Assembly (NCBI RefSeq): GCF_021869535.1
Contig: NW_026262581.1
Location: 136,400,001 to 136,464,000, forward strand
Direction: 5' to 3'
DNA: 64,000 nt
From: Mytilus californianus
Taxonomy: Eukaryota
The notes under the pieces: model-generated
The model's database searches: none
What the model saw: the letters and a program-made list of their open reading frames with translations, nothing else
Told to the model about the DNA's origin: nothing
In this document: piece after piece, positions 50,701 to 64,000 of the stretch
How positions within the stretch are numbered: position 1 is the first letter of the stretch
Layout: each line of letters opens with the position of its first letter
Program-made: the position numbers and the translations under genes

Positions 50701-53700
50701 GTCTAAACCAAACATATTTTGTTTCTCAAGTCCAATAAATTGTCTACATATTTTAATTTGTAAACAGCACACTGTTTTTGTTTTAGTTATATAGCAGAGA
50801 ACAAGAACCTAGAAGTTATCAACATGAGCATGTGTCAAGGAATCACTGTAAATGGTCTTATGCCTATATGTAACAACTGTACAAGGTAGGTTATCTCCCA
50901 TGTAACAGCTGTACAAGGTAGGTTATCTCCAATTGTTCATGTTTTTACTGTCTCAACATGTAATACATGTATGAGGTGAAATAGAAAACTTTGTCATTAC
51001 AAGACCATATGTAATGTTATAATGTTACTGTCGTTATACATAATAACTGTACAAGGGAGAGATATCTCTATTTGTCTACAACATGATCATGGTTATAAAG
51101 CATTTACAGTATTTCTGGTATTTTTGATGGGTTTTTACAACCATTGGGTCAATGTCACGGCCAGTAGATGGTCACTGAGGTATCACGAGCCCAGTAATCA
51201 GCACTTGTGTGCTAACATGAAATGTCATATTGTAAAGTTACTGTTTATAAAATGTTCAAATTATTCCACACTAAGGTTTTCTTCCCAAGGCAAGGATAGG
51301 CATACCAAATTTGGACAAGTTTTGGGAATTTTTGGTTTTCAATGCTACAAAACTTAATTGATTTTTGATATGTCAGGATAGTCTCTCTGTATTTACTGTA
51401 CAAGTTGAGTAATCTCCCTTTGTCCACAACATATCTATAGATATACAGTATAACTGTCTCTTTATGTAATAATTGTTCAAGATGGATTTTTACCTTTGTC
51501 TAAAAAATGACTTTGACCGTTCTTTTATATTGCAAATCTCAAAGAATCAATGTTATCAAGGATATTACAGTCTATATGTACAAACGATATTACAGTCTAT
51601 ATGTACAAACGATATAACAGTCTATATGTACAAACTATATAACAGTCTATATGTAAAACTATAGTACAGTCTATATGTACAAACTATAGTACAGTCTATA
51701 CGTACAAACTATATTACAGTCTATATGTACAAACTATATTACAGTCTATATATGTACAAAGTATAGTACAGTCTATATGTACAAACTATCGTACAGTCTA
51801 TATGTACAAACTATATTACAGTCTATATATGTACAAACTATAGTACAGTCTATATGTACAAACTATAGTACAGTCTACATGTACAAACTATAGTACAGTC
51901 TATATATGTAAAAAGTATAGTACAGTCTATATGTACAAACTATAGTACAGTCTATATGTACAAACTATATTACAGTCTATATGTACAAACTATGTTACAG
52001 TCTATACGTACAAACTATATTACAGTCTATATGTACAAACTTTAGTACAGTCTATATGTACAAACTATATTACTCTATATATGTACAAACTATAGTACAG
52101 TCTATATGTACAAACTATATTGCAGTCTATATGTACAAACTATAGTACAGTCTATACGTACAAGTACAGTCTATATATGTACAAACTATAGTACAGTCTA
52201 TATATGTACAAACTATAGTACAGTCTATATGTACAAACTATAGTACAGTCTATATTTACAAACTATAGTACAGTCTATACGTACAAGTACAGTCTATATA
52301 TGTACAAACTATAGTACAGTCTATATATGTATAAACTATAGTACAGTCTATATATGTACAAACTATAGTACAGTCTATATGTACAAACTATAGTACAGTC
52401 TATATGTACAAACTATAGTACAGTCTATATGTACAAACTATAGTACAGTCTATATGTACAAACTATATTACAGTCTATACGTACAAGTACAGTCTATATA
52501 TGTACAAACTATAGTACAGTCTATATATGTATAAACTATAGTACAGTCTATATATGTATAAACTATAGTACAGTCTATATATGTACAAACTATAGTACAG
52601 TCTATATGTACAAACTATTGTACAGTCTATATGTACAAACTATATTACTCTATATATGTACAAACTATTATACAGTCTATATGTACAAACTATATTACAG
52701 TCTATATGTACAAACTATAGTACAGTCTATATGTACAAACTATATTACTCTATATATGTACAAACTATAGTACAGTCTATATGTACAAACTATAGTACAG
52801 TCTATATGTACAAACTATATTACAGTCTATATGTACAAACTATAGGACAGTCTATATGTACAAACTATAGGACAGTCTATATGTACAAACTATAGTACAG
52901 TCTATATGTACATACTATAGTACAGTCTATACGTACAAACTATGTTACAGTCTATACGTACAAACTATAGGACAGTCTATATGTACAAACTATAGTACAG
53001 TCTATATGTACAAACTATAGTACAGTCTATATATGTACAAACTATAGTACAGTCTATATGTACATACTATAGTACAGTCTATACGTACAAACTATGTTAC
53101 AGTCTATATATGTACAAACTATAGTACAGTCTATATATGTACAAACTATAGTACAGTCTATATGTACATACTATAGTACAGTCTATACGTACAAACTATG
53201 TTACAGTCTATATACGTACAAACTATAGTACAGTCTATATGTACAAACTATGTTACAGTCTATACGTACAAACTATAGTACAGTCTATACGTACAAACTA
53301 TATTACAGTCTATATATGTACAAACTATGTTACAGTCTATACGTACAAACTATAGTACAGTCTATACGTACAAACTATGTTACAGTCTATACGTACAAAC
53401 TATAGGACAGTCTATATGTACAAACTATAGTACAGTCTATATGTACAAACTATAGTACAGTCTATATATGTACAAACTATAGTACAGTCTATATGTACAT
53501 ACTATAGTACAGTCTATACGTACAAACTATGTTACAGTCTATACGTACAAACTATAGGACAGTCTATATGTACAAACTATAGTACAGTCTATATGTACAA
53601 ACTATAGTACAGTCTATATATGTACAAACTATAGTACAGTCTATATGTACATACTATAGTACAGTCTATACGTACAAACTATGTTACAGTCTATATATGT

Positions 53701-56700
53701 ACAAACTATAGTACAGTCTATATATGTACAAACTATAGTACAGTCTATATGTACATACTATAGTACAGTCTATACGTACAAACTATGTTACAGTCTATAT
53801 ACGTACAAACTATAGTACAGTCTATATGTACAAACTATGTTACAGTCTATACGTACAAACTATAGTACAGTCTATACGTACAAACTATATTACAGTCTAT
53901 ATATGTACAAACTATGTTACAGTCTATACGTACAAACTATAGTACAGTCTATACGTACAAACTATAGTACAGTCTATACGTACAAACTATGTTACAGTCT
54001 ATACGTACAAACTATAGTACAGTCTATACATACAAACTATAGTACAGTCTATATATGTACAAACTATCGTACAGTCTATACGTACAAACTATAGTACAGT
54101 CTATACGTACAAACTATAGTACAGTCTATATGTACATACTATAGTACAGTCTATACGTACAAACTATGTTACAGTCTATATACGTACAAACTATAGTACA
54201 GTCTATATGTACAAACTATGTTACAGTCTATACGTACAAACTATAGTACAGTCTATACGTACAAACTATATTACAGTCTATATATGTACAAACTATGTTA
54301 CAGTCTATACGTACAAACTATAGTACAGTCTATACGTACAAACTATAGTACAGTCTATACGTACAAACTATGTTACAGTCTATACGTACAAACTATATTA
54401 CAGTCTATATATGTACAAACTATAGTACAGTCTATATGTACAAACTATATTACAGTCTATATATGTACAAACTATAGTACAGTCTATATGTACAAACTAT
54501 AGTACAGTCTATATATGTACAAACTATGTTACAGTCTATACGTACAAACTATGTTACAGTCTATATATGTACAAACTATAGTACAGTCTATATATGTACA
54601 AACTATAGTACAGTCTATATGTACATACTATAGTACAGTCTATACGTACAAACTATGTTACAGTCTATATACGTACAAACTATAGTACAGTCTATATGTA
54701 CAAACTATGTTACAGTCTATACGTACAAACTATAGTACAGTCTATACGTACAAACTATATTACAGTCTATATATGTACAAACTATGTTACAGTCTATACG
54801 TACAAACTATAGTACAGTCTATACGTACAAACTATAGTACAGTCTATATATGTACAAACTATAGTACAGTCTATATGTACATACTATAGTACAGTCTATA
54901 CGTACAAACTATGTTACAGTCTATATATGTACAAACTATAGTACAGTCTATATATGTACAAACTATAGTACAGTCTATATGTACATACTATAGTACAGTC
55001 TATACGTACAAACTATGTTACAGTCTATATACGTACAAACTATAGTACAGTCTATATGTACAAACTATGTTACAGTCTATACGTACAAACTATAGTACAG
55101 TCTATACGTACAAACTATATTACAGTCTATATATGTACAAACTATGTTACAGTCTATACGTACAAACTATAGTACAGTCTATACGTACAAACTATAGTAC
55201 AGTCTATACGTACAAACTATAGTACAGTCTATACGTACAAACTATAGTACAGTCTATACGTACAAACTATGTTACAGTCTATACGTACAAACTATATTAC
55301 AGTCTATATATGTACAAACTATGTTACAGTCTATACGTACAAACTATGTTACAGTCTATATATGTACAAACTATAGTACAGTCTATATATGTACAAACTA
55401 TAGTACAGTCTATATGTACATACTATAGTACAGTCTATACGTACAAACTATGTTACAGTCTATATACGTACAAACTATAGTACAGTCTATATGTACAAAC
55501 TATGTTACAGTCTATACGTACAAACTATAGTACAGTCTATACGTACAAACTATATTACAGTCTATATATGTACAAACTATGTTACAGTCTATACGTACAA
55601 ACTATAGTACAGTCTATACGTACAAACTATAGTACAGTCTATACGTACAAACTATAGTACAGTCTATATGTACAAACTATAGTACAGTCTATACGTACAA
55701 ACTATAGTACAGTCTATACGTACAAACTATGTTACAGTCTATACGTACAAACTATATTACAGTCTATACGTACAAACTATAGTGCAGTCTATATGTACAA
55801 ACTATATTACAGTCTATATATGTACAAACTATGTTACAGTCTATACGTACAAACTATAGTACAGTCTATACGTACAAACTATAGTACAGTCTATACGTAC
55901 AAACTATGTTACAGTCTATATATGTACAAACTATAGTACAGTCTATATGTACAAACTATAGTACAGTCTATACGTACAAACTATATTACAGTCTATATAT
56001 GTACAAACTATGTTACAGTCTATACGTACAAACTATAGTACAGTCTATACGTACAAACTATGTTACAGTCTATACGTACAAACTATGTTACAGTCTATAC
56101 GTACAAACTATAGTACAGTCTATACGTACAAACTATGTTACAGTCTATACGTACAAACTATAGTACAGTCTATACGTACAAACTATGTTACAGTCTATAC
56201 GTACAAACTATGTTACAGTCTATACGTACAAACTATAGTACAGTCTATACGTACAAACTATGTTACAGTCTATATATGTACAAACTATAGTACAGTCTAT
56301 ACGTACAAACTATATTACAGTCTATACGTACAAACTATAGTGCAGTCTATACGTACAAACTATATTACAGTCTATATATGTACAAACTATATTACAGTCT
56401 ATATGTACATACTATAGTACAGTCTATACGTACAAACTATATTACAGTCTATATATGTACAAACTATAGTACAGTCTATACGTACAAACTATAGTGCAGT
56501 CTATATGTACAAACTATAGTACAGTCTATATATGTACAAACTATAGTACAGTCTATATGTACAAACTATAGTACAGTCTATACGTACAAACTATATTACA
56601 GTCTATATATGTACAAACTATGTTACAGTCTATACGTACAAACTATGTTACAGTCTATATGTACAAACTATATTACAGTCTATATATGTACAAACTATAG

Positions 56701-59700
56701 TACAGTCTATACGTACAAACTATAGTGCAGTCTATATGTACAAACTATAGTACAGTCTATATATGTACAAACTATAGTACAGTCTATATGTACAAACTAT
56801 AGTACAGTCTATACGTACAAACTATATTACAGTCTATATATGTACAAACTATGTTACAGTCTATACGTACAAACTATAGTACAGTCTTTACGTACAAACT
56901 ATAGTACAGTCTATACGTACAAACTATAGTACAGTCTATACGTACAAACTATGTTACAGTCTATATATGTACAAACTATAGTACAGTCTATACGTACAAA
57001 CTATATTACAGTCTATACGTACAAACTATAGTACAGTCTATACGTACAAACTATAGTACAGTCTATATATGTACAAACTATAGTACAGTCTATATATGTA
57101 CAAACTATAGTACAGTCTATACGTACAAACTATATTACAGTCTATATATGTACAAACTATAGTACAGTCTATACGTACAAACTATAGTGCAGTCTATATG
57201 TACAAACTATAGTACAGTCTATATATGTACAAACTATAGTACAGTCTATATGTACAAACTATATTACAGTCTATACGTACAAACTATAGTACAGTCTATA
57301 CGTACAAACTATAGTACAGTCTATACGTACAAACTATGTTACAGTCTATACGTACAAACTATAGTACAGTCTATATATGTACAAACTATAGTACAGTCTA
57401 TATGTACAAACTATATTACAGTCTATATATGTACAAACTATGTTACAGTCTATACGTACAAACTATAGTACAGTCTATACGTACAAACTATAGTACAGTC
57501 TATACGTACAAACTATGTTACAGTCTATATGTACAAACTATAGTACAGTCTATATATGTACAAACTATAGTACAGTCTATATGTACAAACTATATTACAG
57601 TCTATATATGTACAAACTATGTTACAGTCTATACGTACAAACTATAGTACAGTCTATACGTACAAACTATAGTACAGTCTATATGTACAAACTATAGTAC
57701 AGTCTATATGTACAAACTATAGTACAGTCTATACGTACAAACTATAGTACAGTCTATACGTACAAACTATGTTACAGTCTATATGTACAAACTATAGTAC
57801 AGTCTATATATGTACAAACTATAGTACAGTCTATATGTACAAACTATATTACAGTCTATATATGTACAAACTATGTTACAGTCTATACGTACAAACTATA
57901 GTACAGTCTTTACGTACAAACTATAGTACAGTCTATACGTACAAACTATAGTACAGTCTATACGTACAAACTATAGTACAGTCTATACGTACAAACTATA
58001 GTACAGTCTATATGTACAAACTATAGTACAGTCTATACGTACAAACTATAGTACAGTCTATACGTACAAACTATGTTACAGTCTATACGTACAAACTATA
58101 GTACAGTCTATACGTACAAACTATGTTACAGTCTATATATGTACAAACTATGTTACAGTCTATACGTACAAACTATAGTACAGTCTATACGTACAAACTA
58201 TAGTACAGTCTATACGTACAAACTATATTACAGTCTATATATGTACAAACTATGTTACAGTCTATACGTACAAACTATAGTACAGTCTATACGTACAAAC
58301 TATAGTACAGTCTATACGTACAAACTATAGTACAGTCTATACGTACAAACTATAGTACAGTCTATACGTACAAACTATGTTACAGTCTATATATGTACAA
58401 ACTATGTTACAGTCTATACGTACAAACTATGTTACAGTCTATACGTACAAACTATAGTACAGTCTATACGTACAAACTATCGTACAGTCTATATATGTAC
58501 AAACTATGTTACAGTCTATACGTACAAACTATATTACAGTCTATACGTACAAACTATAGTACAGTCTATACGTACAAACTATAGTACAGTCTATACGTAC
58601 AAACTATGTTACAGTCTATACGTACAAACTATAGTACAGTCTATATGTACAAACTATAGTACAGTCTATACGTACAAACTATAGTACAGTCTATACATAC
58701 AAACTATAGTACAGTCTATATGTACAAACTATATTACAGTCTATATATGTACAAACTATGTTACAGTCTATACGTACAAACTATAGTACAGTCTATACGT
58801 ACAAACTATGTTACAGTCTATATACGTACAAACTATGTTACAGTCTATATATGTACAAACTATAGTACAGTCTATACGTACAAACTATAGTGCAGTCTAT
58901 ATGTACAAACTATAGTACAGTCTATATATGTACAAACTATAGTACAGTCTATATGTACAAACTATAGTACAGTCTATATGTACAAACTATGTTACAGTCT
59001 ATATGTACAAACTATAGTACAGTCAATATGTACAAACTATGTTACAGTCTATACGTACAAACTATAGTACAGTCTATACGTACAAACTATAGTACAGTCT
59101 ATACGTACAAACTATGTTACAGTCTATACGTACAAACTATAGTACAGTCTATACGTACAAACTATATTACAGTCTATACGTACAAACTATGTTACAGTCT
59201 ATATATGTACAAACTATAGTACAGTCTATATGTACAAACTATATTACAGTCTATATATGTACAAACTATGTTACAGTCTATACGTACAAACTATGTTACA
59301 GTCTATACGTACAAACTATAGTACAGTCTATACGTACAAACTATGTTACAGTCTATATACGTACAAACTATGTTACAGTCTATATATGTACAAACTATAG
59401 TACAGTCTATACGTACAAACTATAGTGCAGTCTATATGTACAAACTATAGTACAGTCTATATATGTACAAACTATAGTACAGTCTATATGTACAAACTAT
59501 AGTACAGTCTATATGTACAAACTATGTTACAGTCTATATGTACAAACTATAGTACAGTCAATATGTACAAACTATGTTACAGTCTATATGTACAAACTAT
59601 AGTACAGTCTATATGTACAAACTTTATTACAGTCTATATGTACAAACTATATTACAGTCTATATATGTACAAACTATAGTACAGTCTATATGTACAAAAT

Positions 59701-62700
59701 TTAGTACAGTCTATATGTACAAACTATATTACAGTCTATATTTACAAACTATATTACAGTCTATATGTACAAACTATGTTACAGTCTATATGTACAAACT
59801 ATGTTACAGTCTATATGTACAAACTATAGTACAGTCTATATGTACAAACTATATTACAGTCTATATGTACAAACTATATTACAGTTTATATGTACAAACT
59901 ATATAAGATGTGTTGTTCCCTACAATAATAATGAGTGAAGGTGCAACTGCAAAAGTTTTGTTGCCTTTATATAATAATGATGGATTTCACTCATGTGAAC
60001 TTATGTTGCTCAAATAAGAGGAAATAACATATCAGTATTTGATATTATTTTTCAGTTCATTACCTTGTTAAAATTTTAAACCTGTATTCCTGAGTTAATG
60101 TTGATATTAAGGGCTGTTCCATTGAAACATACATGGTACACAGGGAAGGCACTTTCATATGGGTTACCATCTAAAGAGGCAAATCACTATACAAAAAAGT
60201 ATCTGACACCCACCCATAGTTTACCTCAGCCATTCACTGGATAAGCATCATCTTCCAATAACCTGACCATGACAGTTGCTAATTTCTACATCATTGTGTC
60301 TCTGGTGGAGAATTGTTTCATTGACAATCATACCACATCTTCTTATTTCATATACACAGACACAGTGTATTTTACATCAGCCATTTGCTGGTTGTCTTTC
60401 TATAATTTCAGATAAGAGTCATTGAACGTTGCCTGGACATCAGCCATTCACTAGTTGTCTTCCTATAATTTCAGATCAGAGTCATTGAACATTGCCTGGA
60501 CATGTATACACAGGCACAGTGTATTTTACATCAGCCATTCACTAGTTGTCTTCCTATAATTTCAGATTAGAGGCGTTGAACGTTGCCTAGACATGTATAC
60601 ACAGACACAGTGTAGTTTACATCAGCCATTCACTGGTTGACTTCCTATAATTTCAGATTAGAGTCATTGAAAGTTGCCTGGACAGGTATACACAGACACA
60701 GTGTAGTTTACATCAGCTATTCACTAGTTGTCTTCCTATAATTTCAGATTAGAATCATTGAACGTTGCCTGGACATGTATACACAGACACAGTGTAGTTT
60801 ACATCAGCTATTCACTTGTTGTCTTCCTATAATTTCAGATTAGAGGCGTTGAACGTTGCCTGGACATGTATACACAGACACACTGTAGTTTACATCAGCC
60901 ATTCACTAGTTGTCTTCCTATAATTTCAGATTAGAATCATTGAACGTTGCCTGGACAGGTATACACAGACACAGTGTAGTTTACATCAGCCATTCACTGA
61001 TTGTCTTCCTATAATTTCAGATTAGAGTCATTGAACGTTGCCTGGACAGGTATACACAGACACAGTGTAGTTTACATCAGCCATTCACTAGTTGTCTTCC
61101 TATAATTTCAGATTAGAGTCATTGAACGTTGCCTGGACATGTATACACAGACACAGTGTAGTTTACATCAGCCATTCACTAGTTGTCTTCCTATAATTTC
61201 AGATTAGAGACGTTGACTGTTGCCTGGACAGGTATACACAGACACAGTGTAGTTTACACCAGCTATTCACTGATTGTCTTCCTATAATTTCAGATTAGAA
61301 TCATTGAACGTTGCCTGGACAGGTATACACAGACATAGTGTAGTTTATCTTTCTCTTTGTTTACCTCAGTCTATAGAAAAGCTCAATATCAGTGGTTGTA
61401 GAGAGAATATTACAGATGAAGGTTTGTATGTTTTATTCTGACAGCTAAGTTTTCATCATTCAAAGAAAATGCTATTTTAAATCTTTGGAACAAAAATGAT
61501 AAGCATTTCAAACCTTTGCGTGAAGAGACATTGTCCTTATTAATAGTAGAGTTGAATTTTTATAAGAATGAATTTTTTATTACAGTATCGAGCTATTGTT
61601 TTGGTTTTTTTTTGAAGTAGCAAGCTCTGTTTGCATACACGGCTCATTTGTATCTTTACAAACATAAATATTGTTTTGAAATATTGTCGTCAGATGTATT
61701 CAAATATTGCTTTAAGAGACACATTGTAATTGGTCAACTCTTGTATTATATATATATATATTTACTTCATTAAAAAAAGGACACAACATAGAAGAGAGAC
61801 ACCTCCATAAAATACCAACAAACACATCAGGAGTCGGTTTCACAAAAAAACTTATGACTAAGATTGATCGTAAGTATACTGAATTGTTCATGACCTACGA
61901 TCAATCTTAGTCATAAGTTTTTTTGTGAAGTGACTCCAAGTTCAGTGTTCATAATTTGAAATTTTTTTTTAGGGAAATGTTAGGCCAAATAAGTTAAATT
62001 TCGTAAACACGAAAACTATTCCTCCCTGAGATGTTATAAATGAAAAAGTCATTCTCTGTTTTGTGTTTTTCAGAAATTTTACAGTTAGTGAAAAGATGTT
62101 ACAGATTAAGAGAATTAGATTTAAGTGACTCAACAGTTATTACTTGCAACAGCATTCGTTATTTAACTCAGCATTTGAAGAGATTAGAATACATAGCTTT
62201 AAGCAGATGTTATCGTATATCTCCAACTACTATACCGTAAGTATTTTAATTGTTTGAGACTGATACCAAGGTACAATGAAAAAATCATTAATCAACCGTG
62301 GAGAAGACAACTTTTTAAATACTTAAACCAGAATGCACTTAAGTGAATTTTTCTCTTGTACTGTATAAAAAAAAAAAATCTAGTATAAAGGAATTTCAAT
62401 CACAATTTTTAAAGGCAGGATCCACAAGAGACAGGTTTACAAAACCTATATGTTTTATGTAAAAATTTGCTCAGTCAATCTGAAACCAGGTTTGGTTCAA
62501 TTATATCAGGTAATATGAACAGGTAACAACATGTGTGAGAAATAACTTGCATAGTTTATTTGGAGTTAAAAAAAACAACAGGTCAAACAAGTCAATAAAC
62601 AATTGAAAAGTGAAAAATAGACATCAACTTCAATGTACTTAATTTCAACTATTTAACACTGTTCAGGTGCTTCAAGCAAGTTTATTTTTATGGTAAATGA

Positions 62701-63684
62701 GGAGTAAATGTACAAAAGTTCAAATTCATCATGTTTTTTTTTAGTTTCTTAATCATGTTAATTGTTTAATAAAAGTGAACCTTTAAATCCTACTTAGTTG
62801 ATAAGAGGTACTGTTCGATAATTTTATTAAAATTATTTCACAGGTAAGTTCATGGTACAATAGTTTGCCAGTTAACTCTGTAATGTCAGCATCAAGTTCA
62901 GTTAACTCTGTAATGTCAGCATCATATTCAGTTAACTCTAATGTCAGCATCAAGTTCAGTTAACTCTGTAATGTCAGCATCAAGTTCAGTTAACTCTGTA
63001 ATGTCAGCATCAAGTTCTATGGCATCAAAGCCCTGAAACTTATCTTTCCAGTCAAATCCATCATATCTTCATTGGCTGACATTCTGATGTCTTCATGTTG
63101 GCACATTAAAAGATGGAGATGGATTTCCCTCTATTTTAACCAATACAATACTTGAATTACTCTTATATATCATAAAATTATCTTTAGAATCTTGAAAATA
63201 CCCTACATATTTTCAATTTTGGAGAAACGCTGCTGTTTGTTCTGAGGTATAAAATTTAGAATGCTCTTTTCCAGTACCGGAAGCACATTAATAAAAAACA
63301 AGTATACTTGTTTCCTGCAATAAATATATTTTAATCAATTATTCAAGGCAAATATTTAGTTTGTTACATTTTCATGGTTCGTTAATAAAAGTTAAGTTAT
63401 CATGATTAAGTCAGTATGTATATTCGGTTTGCAGAATGGTTGTGATGGGAACATGTCCATCTGACTCTATTCTTGACATTAATTGATCAATGTTTAGTTT
63501 TCATGATTAAGTTAGTCTCTCAATTATACATATGAGATTAGATATGAACAAAAAATTTCATTGTTTCAGAGAATTACAGAACATTTTATCATTAAATGTG
63601 GTGGATGTGTTTGGAATGTTAAGGAACCAGGGCTTCCAAAATTTCCTGACGACAGCCGGACATTTTTCAAAGAAATATTTTTGA
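44735..63684 (+). CDS. SKP2: S-phase kinase-associated protein 2 (F-box/LRR); exons 44735-44924, 46639-46801, 47150-47258, 48668-48782, 49176-49225, 50054-50188, 50787-50885, 61294-61421, 62074-62236, 63570-63684; start exon not located
   Basis: N-terminal KWAVSQDQTERLYSELGV; F-box FAELSDEVILNIFKWL..CARVCHRW..DDHLWKRIDL; LRRs VQYLDLS, KKLSLE, LESLNVAW, EKLNISGCREN, RELDLSDS, IALSRCY, VDVFGML; all phases consistent. Confidence 0.9.
47470..47625 (+). repeat. 42-bp tandem repeat, 3-4 copies
   Basis: Unit CATTTACAGCACCTATTGTGCAGTGCTTTCATCAGCGTTCAT. Confidence 0.8.
48292..48429. mobile_element. Small internally deleted MITE
   Basis: TCAGGGCTGATATGCATAAAACCAC.. pairs with ..GTAGTTATATGCATATCATCCCTGA (about 37-bp imperfect TIR). 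Confidence 0.65.
50868..50930 (+). repeat. 32-bp tandem duplication of an SKP2 exon end plus donor
   Basis: TGTAACAACTGTACAAG|GTAGGTTATCTCCCA followed by TGTAACAGCTGTACAAG|GTAGGTTATCTCCAA. Confidence 0.9.
51565..59903 (+). repeat. 8.3-kb minisatellite of 25/27-bp units, roughly 320-330 copies
   Basis: Unit TACAGTCTATA(TA)(T/C)GTACAAACTAT(AG/GT/AT); all ORFs at 52656-59906 are artefacts of it. Confidence 0.97.
60350..61350 (+). repeat. 91-bp tandem array made of an SKP2 3' splice site plus exon start, 11 acceptor copies
   Basis: TATAATTTCAG ends at 60411, 60474, 60565, 60656, 60747, 60838, 60929, 61020, 61111, 61202, 61293; only the last continues into the full exon. Confidence 0.95.
61831..61936. 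mobile_element. Foldback MITE remnant forming a near-perfect hairpin
   Basis: 34-bp perfect arm TTCACAAAAAAACTTATGACTAAGATTGATCGTA and its reverse complement around a short spacer. Confidence 0.8.
62867..63018 (+). repeat. 30-bp tandem repeat, about 5 copies
   Basis: Unit GTTAACTCTGTAATGTCAGCATCAAGTTCA; one copy has a 2-nt deletion. Confidence 0.85.
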
Positions 63685-64000
63685 CGGTCAATGATCAGCT
63701 GGATACTTAAATGTAACTGAGAGGATGCATAAATTGATATATGTGTCTAAATAATTAGTAGTGTTATATGCAATAAAATTATTTATAACTGTTTTGTTTT
63801 CTTCATTCTAAAAATAAATAAAATATTATCCTCGGTATTGTGTCATTTTTCTGTGTATCGTAATACAGTAACCATCATTGCATCAATCAGCTTCAGTACC
63901 TGACTGTTCTCATGTTTTTGTTTCTGTTTATATAATCTATCTTCTCTCTGTGAGTACTTAACACTTTGTAAATTAAGGCCATCTTATTTGAAACTGTTGA

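Noticed and set aside
51565-59903. CRISPR-like array or repetitive protein (MLQSIRTNYSTVY ORFs)
   Set aside because: No unique spacers; head-to-tail minisatellite in a eukaryotic intron; ORFs arise from alternating 25/27-bp units

Overview
AT-rich, repeat-dense eukaryotic genomic DNA, inferred to be a bivalve mollusc and probably Mytilus (judged from the style of its repeat families; not verifiable here). Three spliced protein-coding genes can be built with consistent GT-AG phases: (1) a 3-exon signal-peptide/KDEL thioredoxin-fold protein lacking CXXC (+, 1189-8340); (2) holocytochrome c synthase HCCS (-, 25549-37679, 5 coding exons, 264 aa); (3) an F-box/LRR SKP2 orthologue (+, at least 44735-63684, start exon not located). 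The rest is nested mobile DNA and tandem arrays. Most notable: tandem arrays built from exon-intron junctions (29 copies of an HCCS 5' splice site, 11 copies of an SKP2 3' splice site, all extra copies leading to premature stops); a 7.5-kb TTAA-flanked composite element with two 469-bp terminal direct repeats (KolobokP-like) carrying a decayed THAP + PIF/Harbinger/ISL2EU-type transposase; a canonical type I hammerhead ribozyme motif; and an 8.3-kb palindrome-rich minisatellite filling one SKP2 intron. Most short ORFs in the supplied track are repeat artefacts. No prokaryotic features, CRISPR arrays, rRNA or true tRNA genes were seen.
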